A DNA stretch of 64,000 nt from Eubacteriales bacterium (GTDB lineage: Bacteria > Bacillota > Clostridia > Oscillospirales > CAG-272): assembly GCA_045578385.1 (NCBI GenBank), contig JAZNKD010000024.1, forward strand, positions 44,774-108,773. Reading direction: 5' to 3'. The position numbers were made by a program, and so were the translations under genes. Positions 54,670 through 63,550 of this stretch are shown here, piece after piece. Within the stretch, counting starts at the first letter, position 1; each line of letters begins with the position of its first letter. The notes beneath the pieces were generated by a model. It was not told the origin of the DNA, did not search any database, and saw only the letters and a list, made by a program, of their open reading frames with translations.

Positions 54670-56331
54670 TCAATAAAGCAGAAACGTGATTATGGACGAT
54701 CCGTCGTCAGAGTCCTCGTACTTATTTTTATTTACCGCCGTGTTCGAGTCGGAGCTTACGACTATCGATTCAGGTGGCAAAATTACCGGAACAATGGGTA
54801 CAGCATGAATGTGAGGCATAACAACCGGTATTGCCGGCTGCACCGGTGGCTCTGGTTTTACAACTCGTTTTTTCTGTGTTTTTTTCTCTTTTTTGGGAGC
54901 TGCGCTATCCGACTTTTTAACCGTAGTAACATCCGACGCAGCATTTTCCACTTTTGAGCTTTTCACCTCCACAGCTTCCATTTCAAACTTTGGCGCGGAC
55001 TCCTCTGTGATTTTTTTCAGTTCCTCTTTTATGACGACGGTCTCCGGTTCTTTTATCTCCGGTTTGGAAGCGAAGGAGGCATCGAATGATGCGGTTGCCG
55101 TATCGTTTTCATCCAAAAAAGGCTTATCATCAGGTTTCGCGATAAACACTACATCGCCCGCCTTTTCGGACTTTACCTCGATTACAGGCTCTTTTTTATC
55201 TTCCTCAAAAGACTCCGATAAACACTCGTTTTCATTACCCGTACCATATATCTCATCATAATCGTCTACTTTTATCTCATAGAGATAAAGAAGCTGTGTA
55301 TTGGTAGGTATAAAGAACTTAGTACACGTTTTGTCCCTGTTTTCCTCCATAAGTATCGGGGATTCTATAGTATCTCGGATTTCAAGCATCTCCTCAAACG
55401 TATCTATAAGAAGCACCTGATATCCCGAAATGTTAAAATGATTCCTTATTTTCTGAATAAATGATTTGTAGTTTCTTACGAGCCTTGCAACTTTAATATC
55501 ATAAGTGATATCAACGTTTCTCGAAAAATATGCGTACAACATAATAATGAGCGCAAGAATTGCGCCTATCGCCGCAAGCATAAAGGCTCCTATACGAAAA
55601 GCTTCTGCCACGTTCTCCGTTGTGAACGAAAGAATTTTCTGCTCCTCCGGGGGTATTGCAGAGGTAATCTTTACTTCGACCGTGCGAGCGGTCAACGGTA
55701 TGCTGACGGAAGAAACGTAGGAATTCTTATTTTTGTCATTATGGAACTCATCACTCGTTTCCACAATATCTACGTGCATCTGCAAAAGCAAATTAGCGTC
55801 AACGCCCTCAAGGTCGTACGTATCTATGAACTTGCTTGCTATATCGTTATATTTAGCGTAATCAACCAAGGCGGTCTGATTTACGCTAACACCGACTGCA
55901 CTGACCGATTCACGCTTCGGTGCTATCTCCGAATATATGGGGGCGAACAAGGTTTTTCCGCTTGCGATGTCTCTTATCTGCACTACCGCATCAACACGGT
56001 AGGTATAGTCAAATTTGATAGGATTCTTCGATTCCATCGCTATTTCATATTTGAACTTCGCCTGAATCTTATCAATAAGCGATGCTATGTATGCGTAGTC
56101 TTTGCCGAGATATGAATCCTCGTAAAAATCGTTTTCCTTAAGATGAACTCCGTAATCTATCGAGCTTTTTTCTGTGTAATTAACGTAATACGTCTTATTG
56201 AGCGCTACCGCGAACACCGCCGCAATCAGCATTGCAACAACGACAGCCGCTAAAATTACTGCCTGCAGGGTTATCAGGCGCTTACGCTTTATTCTGTAGC
56301 CAAGCCGTTGTTTCTTCTCGTCCTCTGACAT
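54670..56331 (-). CDS. Bitopic membrane protein, DUF5305-like architecture, with a long acidic/Lys/Pro-rich C-terminal tail
   Basis: 553 aa. TM1 is at ~25-45, followed by a ~200-aa extracytoplasmic region, TM2 (FRIGAFMLAAIGAILALIIMLYAYF), a cytoplasmic globular region and a low-complexity tail. The DUF5305 assignment is from memory of the architecture and of its neighbourhood with sipW. Confidence 0.6.
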   Translation of the reverse strand: MSEDEKKQRLGYRIKRKRLITLQAVILAAVVVAMLIAAVFAVALNKTYYVNYTEKSSIDYGVHLKENDFYEDSYLGKDYAYIASLIDKIQAKFKYEIAMESKNPIKFDYTYRVDAVVQIRDIASGKTLFAPIYSEIAPKRESVSAVGVSVNQTALVDYAKYNDIASKFIDTYDLEGVDANLLLQMHVDIVETSDEFHNDKNKNSYVSSVSIPLTARTVEVKITSAIPPEEQKILSFTTENVAEAFRIGAFMLAAIGAILALIIMLYAYFSRNVDITYDIKVARLVRNYKSFIQKIRNHFNISGYQVLLIDTFEEMLEIRDTIESPILMEENRDKTCTKFFIPTNTQLLYLYEIKVDDYDEIYGTGNENECLSESFEEDKKEPVIEVKSEKAGDVVFIAKPDDKPFLDENDTATASFDASFASKPEIKEPETVVIKEELKKITEESAPKFEMEAVEVKSSKVENAASDVTTVKKSDSAAPKKEKKTQKKRVVKPEPPVQPAIPVVMPHIHAVPIVPVILPPESIVVSSDSNTAVNKNKYEDSDDGSSIITFLLY

Positions 56332-56354
56332 ATCAAAAAGCCCTCCTCTCCGAA

Positions 56355-57485
56355 TTACTTAAATATTTTACGCAGCCAGATGCTGGGATATCCTATGTAA
56401 AGTACCTTGGAGCGAACCACTCCGATTATCTGACCTTCGGTAACGTAGCCCGGGTCGGCATCTTCGTTAGCATCGCCCTTAGTTATATACTGTCTTTGTC
56501 CGTTCACGGTGCTTATTTCAATTACTCTGTGAACGTACTTTCTGTTTCCGTCTTTGCTGAATACAATTACGTCATTTTCTTCTATTTCGCCGCAATGCTC
56601 ATACGACTCAAAAACAACGGCATCGCCGACATTTATTTCATCCTCCATACTCGGAGACGCGATGACTAAAATTCCAAACCTGAAGCGGCAGGAAACGAGC
56701 ATAACAAAAGCTACCATAATAATGGCTGCAATACATGGAATAATAAAACCGAATTTGCTTTTTTTATGAGTTGCCATACGTCTTTTCTTTTCAAAGAGCA
56801 AATCAATAAAAAGATAGACGATAATCGGCGAAACCAGACGTGCAAAAGCAGGCAGAACCTGCGGCGCGTCGGGTGCGAAAGGAATTACATACGTATAAAG
56901 CGTTAATATCAAGCGGTAAGATACGTTCGGCAACGTTCCGTAGCGCTTTGATATATAGTGATAAAGAATATTCCCCGTTATCGCAGGAAAGAGTGTCATA
57001 CCGACAAAATCCACGAATTTATACGATGAATTAATACCGTTCACTCCACCTGCGATAAAAACGTCAGATATAACGCATATCACATAAGTAAGCGCGGAAA
57101 CGAGCTTGCTTCCCTGCCCGTGCAACACTGTGCGCACGTACTCTGACGTAAGTACGATAACGACTATGGGGAAAATATATAGCACAAGCTGCGCGATTGA
57201 AAACTTCATATACGTTGCGCCAAATCCAAAGTATAAACCGGAAAGGTAATATAACATCAAGTAAAGCGCGGCTATGACCGTCATAATCAAAAGTACGTTT
57301 CTTTTATGGTAAGAGAGGATGCTTCTCTTTTTGATAAAGAAACCGATTGTAAGAACGGCAATCAAAAATATTGCCGCGGCAACAAATCGGGAATACTTTT
57401 CTTGAAAAGGAATCGCAAGAATGAGAGCCGCAAGAATGAAAAATGTTACCGCATACAACTGTTTTTTATCTGTAGCAAGAGTCAT
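56355..57485 (-). CDS. Fusion protein: polytopic membrane domain (~250 aa) plus a SipW-type (S26B, archaeal/ER-type) signal peptidase I domain
   Basis: The C-terminal ~120 aa carries SPSMEDEINVGD (Ser nucleophile box), KYVHRVIEI (His box) and TKGDANEDADPGYV (GDxN/D box). The N-terminal region has about 7 hydrophobic segments. Confidence 0.8.
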   Translation of the reverse strand: MTLATDKKQLYAVTFFILAALILAIPFQEKYSRFVAAAIFLIAVLTIGFFIKKRSILSYHKRNVLLIMTVIAALYLMLYYLSGLYFGFGATYMKFSIAQLVLYIFPIVVIVLTSEYVRTVLHGQGSKLVSALTYVICVISDVFIAGGVNGINSSYKFVDFVGMTLFPAITGNILYHYISKRYGTLPNVSYRLILTLYTYVIPFAPDAPQVLPAFARLVSPIIVYLFIDLLFEKKRRMATHKKSKFGFIIPCIAAIIMVAFVMLVSCRFRFGILVIASPSMEDEINVGDAVVFESYEHCGEIEENDVIVFSKDGNRKYVHRVIEISTVNGQRQYITKGDANEDADPGYVTEGQIIGVVRSKVLYIGYPSIWLRKIFK

Positions 57486-57550
57486 TTCTTACAGCTCTCC
57501 TTTCTTCAGGCTCCGATCATATCAAAATTATAAAAAGCCTCGTATAAATC

Positions 57551-58135
57551 TTATGATGCACTGCCAAGATCAGCGGTATTATAGTTAAGAGCTACCGAAA
57601 TATTAGCAGTAGTGTTCGAGGCCTGGTTAGTAATTTCGGTTGCATCGCAAGTAACGGTTACGATTACTTCCATCTCTTCTCCGGGTGAGAACATATTTTC
57701 TACCGCAGGCTCGGTAAGATGATTATGATCAACCTTTACGTCAAAGCCCACAGCCGCATCTGTACTTCCGAGAAGGGTAGCAGCTGCAACTGCATCAAGT
57801 GCAACGGAGGGCAAATGCGAATCAGCTGCCGCATCATATTTTACAATGTAGGTTGCTTTTGCCACGAAAGTATCAGCTACGCCTGCATCGTTGAAAATAA
57901 CGGTCATATCTGCGTTATCATCATCTATAACAGTTGCCGAAATACAATAATCTCCGTCAGGATCTGCGGAAATAAACTTAATCGCAGAACTTACGTCGGT
58001 TTCAACAACACTCGTAGGACGGTATGTAGCAGTACCGGTAAGATTAAGAGTTTCAACCAGCGCTGCAAAACCTATACCCATAACGAGAACGGCGAGAAGC
58101 AAGAAAGACGCTATAGCAATTCTTCTTTTTTTCAT
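57551..58135 (-). CDS. Small secreted beta-rich protein (194 aa), TasA/camelysin-like by size and context, carrying the shared IGFAALVETLNLTGTATY motif
   Basis: The start is ATG at 58135, with AAGGAGA 6 nt upstream. The signal-like N-terminus is MKKRRIAIASFLLLAVLVMG. It is the first gene of the operon, directly upstream of the SipW-type peptidase. The track ORF starts at 58174. Confidence 0.7.
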   Translation of the reverse strand: MKKRRIAIASFLLLAVLVMGIGFAALVETLNLTGTATYRPTSVVETDVSSAIKFISADPDGDYCISATVIDDDNADMTVIFNDAGVADTFVAKATYIVKYDAAADSHLPSVALDAVAAATLLGSTDAAVGFDVKVDHNHLTEPAVENMFSPGEEMEVIVTVTCDATEITNQASNTTANISVALNYNTADLGSAS

Positions 58136-58438
58136 AGTTTTTCTCCTTGTTTTATCTTGTGATATATTTAACACGCAGCATCCACGCAGTGTTAACGAAT
58201 ATTATACGAAGCATTATAATCACGGCGCGATGCGTTACCTGTCGCGCTTAAAAATATAAAATTATAACTTCGTATTTTAAAGTTATCACATTTTTTTACC
58301 AAAGTCAATGCCTTTCTTCAAAAAATATCAAAAATGGCCTGTTGTTTTTAAAAAAGGACATATTTTCAATATTGTTTCTGTTATGTCAGCAAAAATCGAA
58401 TCGTATAATACTTACACACATTTTAATCACGCTCTGTG

Positions 58439-58467
58439 TTGACAAACACCGGTTAAAAATGTATAAT
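58439..58467 (+). promoter_or_regulatory. Consensus sigma-A promoter for the 5'-nucleotidase gene
   Basis: TTGACA (58439-58444), 17-nt spacer, TATAAT (58462-58467). Confidence 0.7.
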
Positions 58468-58499
58468 GTCTACATAAAACAAAAAAGGCGAATAAATGT

Positions 58500-60107
58500 A
58501 TGAAAAAGATACTGATTGTATTTATTCTCGTCATCTCGCTTGCTCTATCATCATGCGAATTACTCTTAGAGCTTCCCGGAGACGGGACCGACTCAAATTC
58601 AAGTAACAGCGGAAGCGCCAGCTCCGGAAACGATGATAACAGCACCGGCAGCCAAGATAGCGGCAACGATTCGGGTGCACACACAAATCACTCCGACACC
58701 GACAACAACGGTCTTTGCGACACTTGCAAAGTCTCGGTTCTCATCGAGCTTGATTTTTACGTTATGAACGATCTTCACGGAAAGTTTACCGACGGAACAA
58801 ACCATCCCGGAGTTGACGAGCTTACCACCTATTTAAAGAATGCTTACAAAGACAATGATAACGTTTTTCTTCTTGCCTCGGGTGATATGTGGCAGGGTGG
58901 CGCGGAATCAAATCTGACCAAAGGCTTTATCCTTACCGATTGGATGAACGAGCTTGATTTCGCTTCAATGACACTTGGAAATCATGAATTTGACTGGGGC
59001 GAAAGCCACATTGCAAAAAACGGAGATTTTGCAGAATTCCCTTTGCTTGCAATAAACGTTTTCAGTACTAAGACAAACAAACGCGTGGATTACGCCGAAG
59101 CATCGGTAGTTATTGAGCAGAATGGTGTTAAAATCGGCATTATAGGTGCTATCGGAGATTGTTATTCCGACATTGCGGCTGACAAGGTACAGAACGTCTA
59201 TTTTAAGGTTGGCGACGAGCTTACGGCACTCGTAAAAGCCGAATCCGAAAGATTAAGAAGCGAAGGTGTAGATTTTATCGTATATTCACTTCACGATGGA
59301 CACGGATCGTCCGGCGGATCGGTTATAACCGACAGTAAACTTTCATCGTACTACGATCCAATTCTTTCAAAGGACAAATACGTTGACATAGTTTTCGAGG
59401 GGCACACTCATCAGAATTACGTTCTCAAGGACGCTTACGGAGTATATCACATACAAAACGGCGGAGATAATAAAGCCATAGCACACGCTGAAATTATGTT
59501 CAATTACGTTACCGACAAATACACGGTAAACAAGTCCGAGGTGGTTTCAAATAACATTTATTCAAAACTTTCTTCGGACGCCCTCGTTAACGAGTTGCTC
59601 GAAAAGTACTCGGACGAAATCGCACTCGGAAATGAGATTCTCGGAAACAACGTAAGAAAGAGGTACAGTAGTGAGCTTAATCAGCTCGTTGCAGATCTTT
59701 ACCTTGAAGCAGGTCTTGAAAAATGGGGCTCTGAGTATAACATTTTTCTCGGAGGCGGATTTATCAAAGCCAGAAGTCCATATAATCTTAATGCGGGCAC
59801 GGTAAAATATTCAGACATTCTTATGATATATCCGTTTGACAATGAGCTTGTTCTTTGTTCTATCAAGGGTAGAGATTTAAAATCCAAATTCATCAATACT
59901 TCGAATTCAAATTACTACATTTCCAAAAGCGCCTACGGAAACAGCATTTCTACTATCAATGATAATACCGTGTATTACGTTATAGTTGACAGCTATACCG
60001 CGGTCTACGCTCCGAACAGACTCACGACTATTGAAACTTACGATAAAACAACATTTGCAAGAGACCTTCTTAAAGAGTACATAAAAAATGGAGGACTTAG
60101 CAAATAA
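58500..60107 (+). CDS. Lipoprotein, bifunctional metallophosphatase / 5'-nucleotidase family
   Basis: The lipobox is LALSSC. A Ser/Gly/Asp/Asn-rich low-complexity linker follows. The metallophosphatase motifs are MNDLHG, GDMWQG and GNHEFDWG. Confidence 0.8.
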   Translation: MKKILIVFILVISLALSSCELLLELPGDGTDSNSSNSGSASSGNDDNSTGSQDSGNDSGAHTNHSDTDNNGLCDTCKVSVLIELDFYVMNDLHGKFTDGTNHPGVDELTTYLKNAYKDNDNVFLLASGDMWQGGAESNLTKGFILTDWMNELDFASMTLGNHEFDWGESHIAKNGDFAEFPLLAINVFSTKTNKRVDYAEASVVIEQNGVKIGIIGAIGDCYSDIAADKVQNVYFKVGDELTALVKAESERLRSEGVDFIVYSLHDGHGSSGGSVITDSKLSSYYDPILSKDKYVDIVFEGHTHQNYVLKDAYGVYHIQNGGDNKAIAHAEIMFNYVTDKYTVNKSEVVSNNIYSKLSSDALVNELLEKYSDEIALGNEILGNNVRKRYSSELNQLVADLYLEAGLEKWGSEYNIFLGGGFIKARSPYNLNAGTVKYSDILMIYPFDNELVLCSIKGRDLKSKFINTSNSNYYISKSAYGNSISTINDNTVYYVIVDSYTAVYAPNRLTTIETYDKTTFARDLLKEYIKNGGLSK

Positions 60108-60243
60108 CAGGATAATGTAAATAAAGCGGTACATTTAAGGGTGATTCCTTATGTGTATCGCTTTTCTTTTTGTAAAATTAATGAATTTAGGAATTCAAGA
60201 TTTGCTTTCTGAGTATAATACATAAAAAACAGTTGGAGCAAAT

Positions 60244-61221
60244 ATGTGTACTGCAATTATTTTTGAGCAAAAATGCAATTTTTTAGGACGCACTCTGGAT
60301 CTTGAATATCACTACGACGAGGAGGTCGTAATAACTCCTCGCGGTCATACCTTTTCAAGAAAGAAAAGCTCGGACTTCAAAATCGACTTTGCAATAATAG
60401 GGATAGCAACCGTAAAGGACTCCTATCCGCTTTATTATGATGCTGTAAATGAACACGGTCTTGCCATAGCAGGTCTCAATTTCGTCGGAAATGCCAAGTT
60501 TTCGAAAAATAAAAAGGATAACTTCATAAGCCTTTCGCAGTTTGAACTGATACCTTTTATTCTCGGAAAGTGTAAAACCTTGAAAGCTGCAAAGGATTTA
60601 TTAGAAAATACGTGTTTAATTGACACGCCCTTTGATGTTTCGATGCCCGTATCAGAGCTTCACTATTTCATAAGCGACGGAAAACAAAGTCTTGCGGCAG
60701 AGCCAACGGAGCAAGGATTTAATATTTACGACGACCCTTTTGGCGTTCTGACAAACAATCCCCCGTTTCCATATCACAAAGATAATATAAATAACTATAT
60801 GAATCTCAGTCAAAACGAGGCAGAAAACAAATTCGGAGCAAATCTTCCTCTTAAGCCCTACAGTCGCGGAATGGGAGCATTTGGTATGCCGGGCGACCTT
60901 TCATCCTCATCAAGATTTATCCGCGCGGCATTCGGAGTTGCAAACGCTACGAAAAAGGATAGCGAAAGCCGCTCCGTAAGTCAGGTGTTTCATATTCTCG
61001 AAACGGTAAATCAAACCGAAGGACTTGTAAAAATAGGCGATTTATATGAGAGAACGCAATATTCAATATGCGCAAATCTTGACACGGGAACGTACTATTA
61101 CAAAACGTATAATAATTCCCGTATCACCGCAGTCAAGCTTACAAAAGAAGCAAAGGAAGCGTCCTCACTCTCACGCTTCCCTTTAAAAACAGAAGAAGAC
61201 ATACTCTTTGAAAACAACTGA
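60244..61221 (+). CDS. Choloylglycine hydrolase family protein (bile salt hydrolase / linear amide C-N hydrolase, Ntn fold)
   Basis: The N-terminus is MCTAIIF, with the Cys2 nucleophile. 325 aa. It also has the typical NNPPFPYH region. Confidence 0.8.
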   Translation: MCTAIIFEQKCNFLGRTLDLEYHYDEEVVITPRGHTFSRKKSSDFKIDFAIIGIATVKDSYPLYYDAVNEHGLAIAGLNFVGNAKFSKNKKDNFISLSQFELIPFILGKCKTLKAAKDLLENTCLIDTPFDVSMPVSELHYFISDGKQSLAAEPTEQGFNIYDDPFGVLTNNPPFPYHKDNINNYMNLSQNEAENKFGANLPLKPYSRGMGAFGMPGDLSSSSRFIRAAFGVANATKKDSESRSVSQVFHILETVNQTEGLVKIGDLYERTQYSICANLDTGTYYYKTYNNSRITAVKLTKEAKEASSLSRFPLKTEEDILFENN

Positions 61222-61359
61222 AATCCATTTTGCCAATAATAATCTATTCTTGACCTTTTTGCAAAAATTGGCTTACACCGATTACTGCCGGCATCTCACT
61301 TGACAAAGGTAAAAAATGGTGATATACTATCCACGAAAAAACTGTAGGAGATCGACATA

Positions 61360-62139
61360 ATGCAAAAGATACTTGAAAAACAAGGCTTCATATGCGATAT
61401 GGATGGAGTTATCTATCACGGCAAGAATATTCTTCCCGGGGCTAAAGAATTTGTAAACTGGATGATAGAAAACGGTAAAAAATTTGTTTTTCTAACCAAC
61501 AGTCCCGAAAAAACGCCTCACGAATTAAGTATGAAGCTTGAGCGTATGGGTCTTTCGGTTTCAGCCGATCATTTTTACACAAGCGCTATGGCAACCGCTG
61601 AATTTCTTCACAGTCAGGCGCCCGGTTGCACGGCATACGTCATCGGTGAAGCGGCACTTGCAAAGGCACTTTACGACCAAAAAATATATATGAACGATAT
61701 AAACCCGGATTACGTTGTAATAGGAGAAACCAGAACGTACTGCTTTGAGAAGATAGAAAAAGCTATAGAGCTTGTAAATCGAGGCGCGAAGCTTATCGGT
61801 GCAAACCCTGATACTATAGGTGTTACCGAAAAAGGTGTTATGCCCGCAACGGGATCTCTCGTTGCACCTATTGAAATAGCAACAGGTAAAAAGGCGTATT
61901 TCGTCGGAAAGCCTAACCCCCTGATGCTCCGGCACGGACTCAGAAAGCTCGGGTGCCACAGTGCCGATATAGCCTTCGTCGGTGACAGAATGGATACAGA
62001 TATTATCGCAGGTATAGAATCAAACGTGGATACTGTGCTTGTGCTCAGCGGCGTGACGTCAAGAGATGATATAGATAGCTTCCCTTACCGACCGAAATAT
62101 ATTCTCGACGGAGTAGGTGACATTGTAAAGCGCAACTAG
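61360..62139 (+). CDS. HAD-IIA family hydrolase (NagD/TIGR01457-like sugar phosphatase)
   Basis: Motif I is FICDMDGVIY. The other motifs are LTNS, GKP and GDRMDTDI. Confidence 0.8.
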   Translation: MQKILEKQGFICDMDGVIYHGKNILPGAKEFVNWMIENGKKFVFLTNSPEKTPHELSMKLERMGLSVSADHFYTSAMATAEFLHSQAPGCTAYVIGEAALAKALYDQKIYMNDINPDYVVIGETRTYCFEKIEKAIELVNRGAKLIGANPDTIGVTEKGVMPATGSLVAPIEIATGKKAYFVGKPNPLMLRHGLRKLGCHSADIAFVGDRMDTDIIAGIESNVDTVLVLSGVTSRDDIDSFPYRPKYILDGVGDIVKRN

Positions 62140-62258
62140 CGACCGCATATAACGTGACAAAGTAAACTGATTATTAAAACAAAAAAACGAAGATACAAAC
62201 TACGCCGAATCGCAAGCCGACCTCTGCGTATTCCTATCTTCGTTTTTTATATTCGGAA

Positions 62259-63272
62259 TTACTTTCCACAATCCTCTAAATGATCTATAATAGACTTGAC
62301 TATCGCACGCTCCTCATCACTAAGCTTCTCTGCCGAGGATTCGAGAATTTTTTCAAGCGTTGCGCGCTTTTTGAACTTCTCTACATTAGTTTGAAGCTCC
62401 TTTTGCTCTGCCTTCTGCTTTTCCTTGGCAGCCACCTCATCGATAACGTTTTTCATATATTCGAATATGGGACTGTTCTCGGAATAGTCTGCGGGAGCAT
62501 AAAAATTAAGACGTCCGTCACCGAACAGCTGGTAAACCTTCTTTTTGTTATTCGACACAGGATCGTAAACTCCTATTGAATAACCGCCCTTCTGCTTAAC
62601 TAGAGTCATACAAGGAATATCCGTTGCGCTATCTCCTATATAAACTATATTCTCATAGTCAACATTTCGAGCGTCGTGCGGCATGCTGTCATTAACTCTC
62701 GGATCGTATTCCTCGAGATAGCCCTTTGCTATTCTGAATATAAACTGAGTTTTGGTGGTGTAATTGACAGCCTGAGCAGGCCATTCTGCAATACCGTCAG
62801 CCGAATATAGATAGGAAGACGCATAAACACGGGTTATATACGGAGCAATACGGCTACCCTCTATAATCTCCTTAAGTCCCGAGGAAATGATATAATGTTC
62901 AACCTCAATTCCCCTCTCTCGAGCGTATGCGTTTACGTTCTCAAACCAGCTTTCAACACCCGGATAAAGCTGAACGTCAGCGCCTATCTCTTTGAAATAT
63001 TCTCGTCTTAAGGATTTCCCCTTAAACTTAGAGTATTTTATAAGCACGTACATCCAAGCCAAATTATTGTCCATAAGATTTTCTTCTGCAAGAGAATCGG
63101 ACTCATGCCAGAACTCTTTCTTGTCAACTCCGAAAGACGGAATCAAAGTAAAGGTCTGCATATCGTCGGGAGAAAGCGTACGGTCAAAATCGTAGCATAT
63201 TGCCATCTTAGGCATTTTTTTACCGACGTTAAAATCTATAGCTTCCTGAATTACCGTTTCTTTTTCCATCAT
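62259..63272 (-). CDS. HAD-like hydrolase with a C-terminal coiled-coil extension
   Basis: Motif I is ICYDFDRTL and motif IV is IGDSATDIPCM. The last ~60 aa is Lys/Glu-rich and helical. The start could equally be the second ATG at 63269. Confidence 0.6.
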   Translation of the reverse strand: MMEKETVIQEAIDFNVGKKMPKMAICYDFDRTLSPDDMQTFTLIPSFGVDKKEFWHESDSLAEENLMDNNLAWMYVLIKYSKFKGKSLRREYFKEIGADVQLYPGVESWFENVNAYARERGIEVEHYIISSGLKEIIEGSRIAPYITRVYASSYLYSADGIAEWPAQAVNYTTKTQFIFRIAKGYLEEYDPRVNDSMPHDARNVDYENIVYIGDSATDIPCMTLVKQKGGYSIGVYDPVSNNKKKVYQLFGDGRLNFYAPADYSENSPIFEYMKNVIDEVAAKEKQKAEQKELQTNVEKFKKRATLEKILESSAEKLSDEERAIVKSIIDHLEDCGK

Positions 63273-63465
63273 AAAACCTCCGTTTTTATGTTCGGGGTAA
63301 ATTTATAACCGCGCTTGAAATTAAAAAATTCCCTTTTGTATGTACATTTTACTATATTTTTGCGATTATTTCAATATCAATCATAAAAAATATGGCTCTT
63401 TTTAAAAAGTTTTTAAATAAAATATATATTTTGCGGCTTGCGCGCGTGTAATTCATAGAAATGAA

Positions 63466-63494
63466 TTGAAATTTATCGAAATTTAGTGTATAAT
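63466..63494 (+). promoter_or_regulatory. Sigma-A promoter for the DHH phosphoesterase gene
   Basis: TTGAAA (63466-63471), 17-nt spacer, TATAAT (63489-63494). Confidence 0.55.
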
Positions 63495-63550
63495 ATCTAT
63501 TGTATGAATTGGTAATTTAAAAATCCGTTATAAATTTATAGGAGACAGTA

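Noticed and set aside
58201-58275. The repeat arms contain ATAACTTCGTAT and TATACGAAG, which closely resemble the 13-bp arms of loxP.
   Set aside because: The arms are separated by about 40 nt rather than 8 nt, and one arm has a 2-nt insertion. No tyrosine recombinase gene is nearby. I treat the resemblance as coincidental and keep the element only as a generic inverted repeat.
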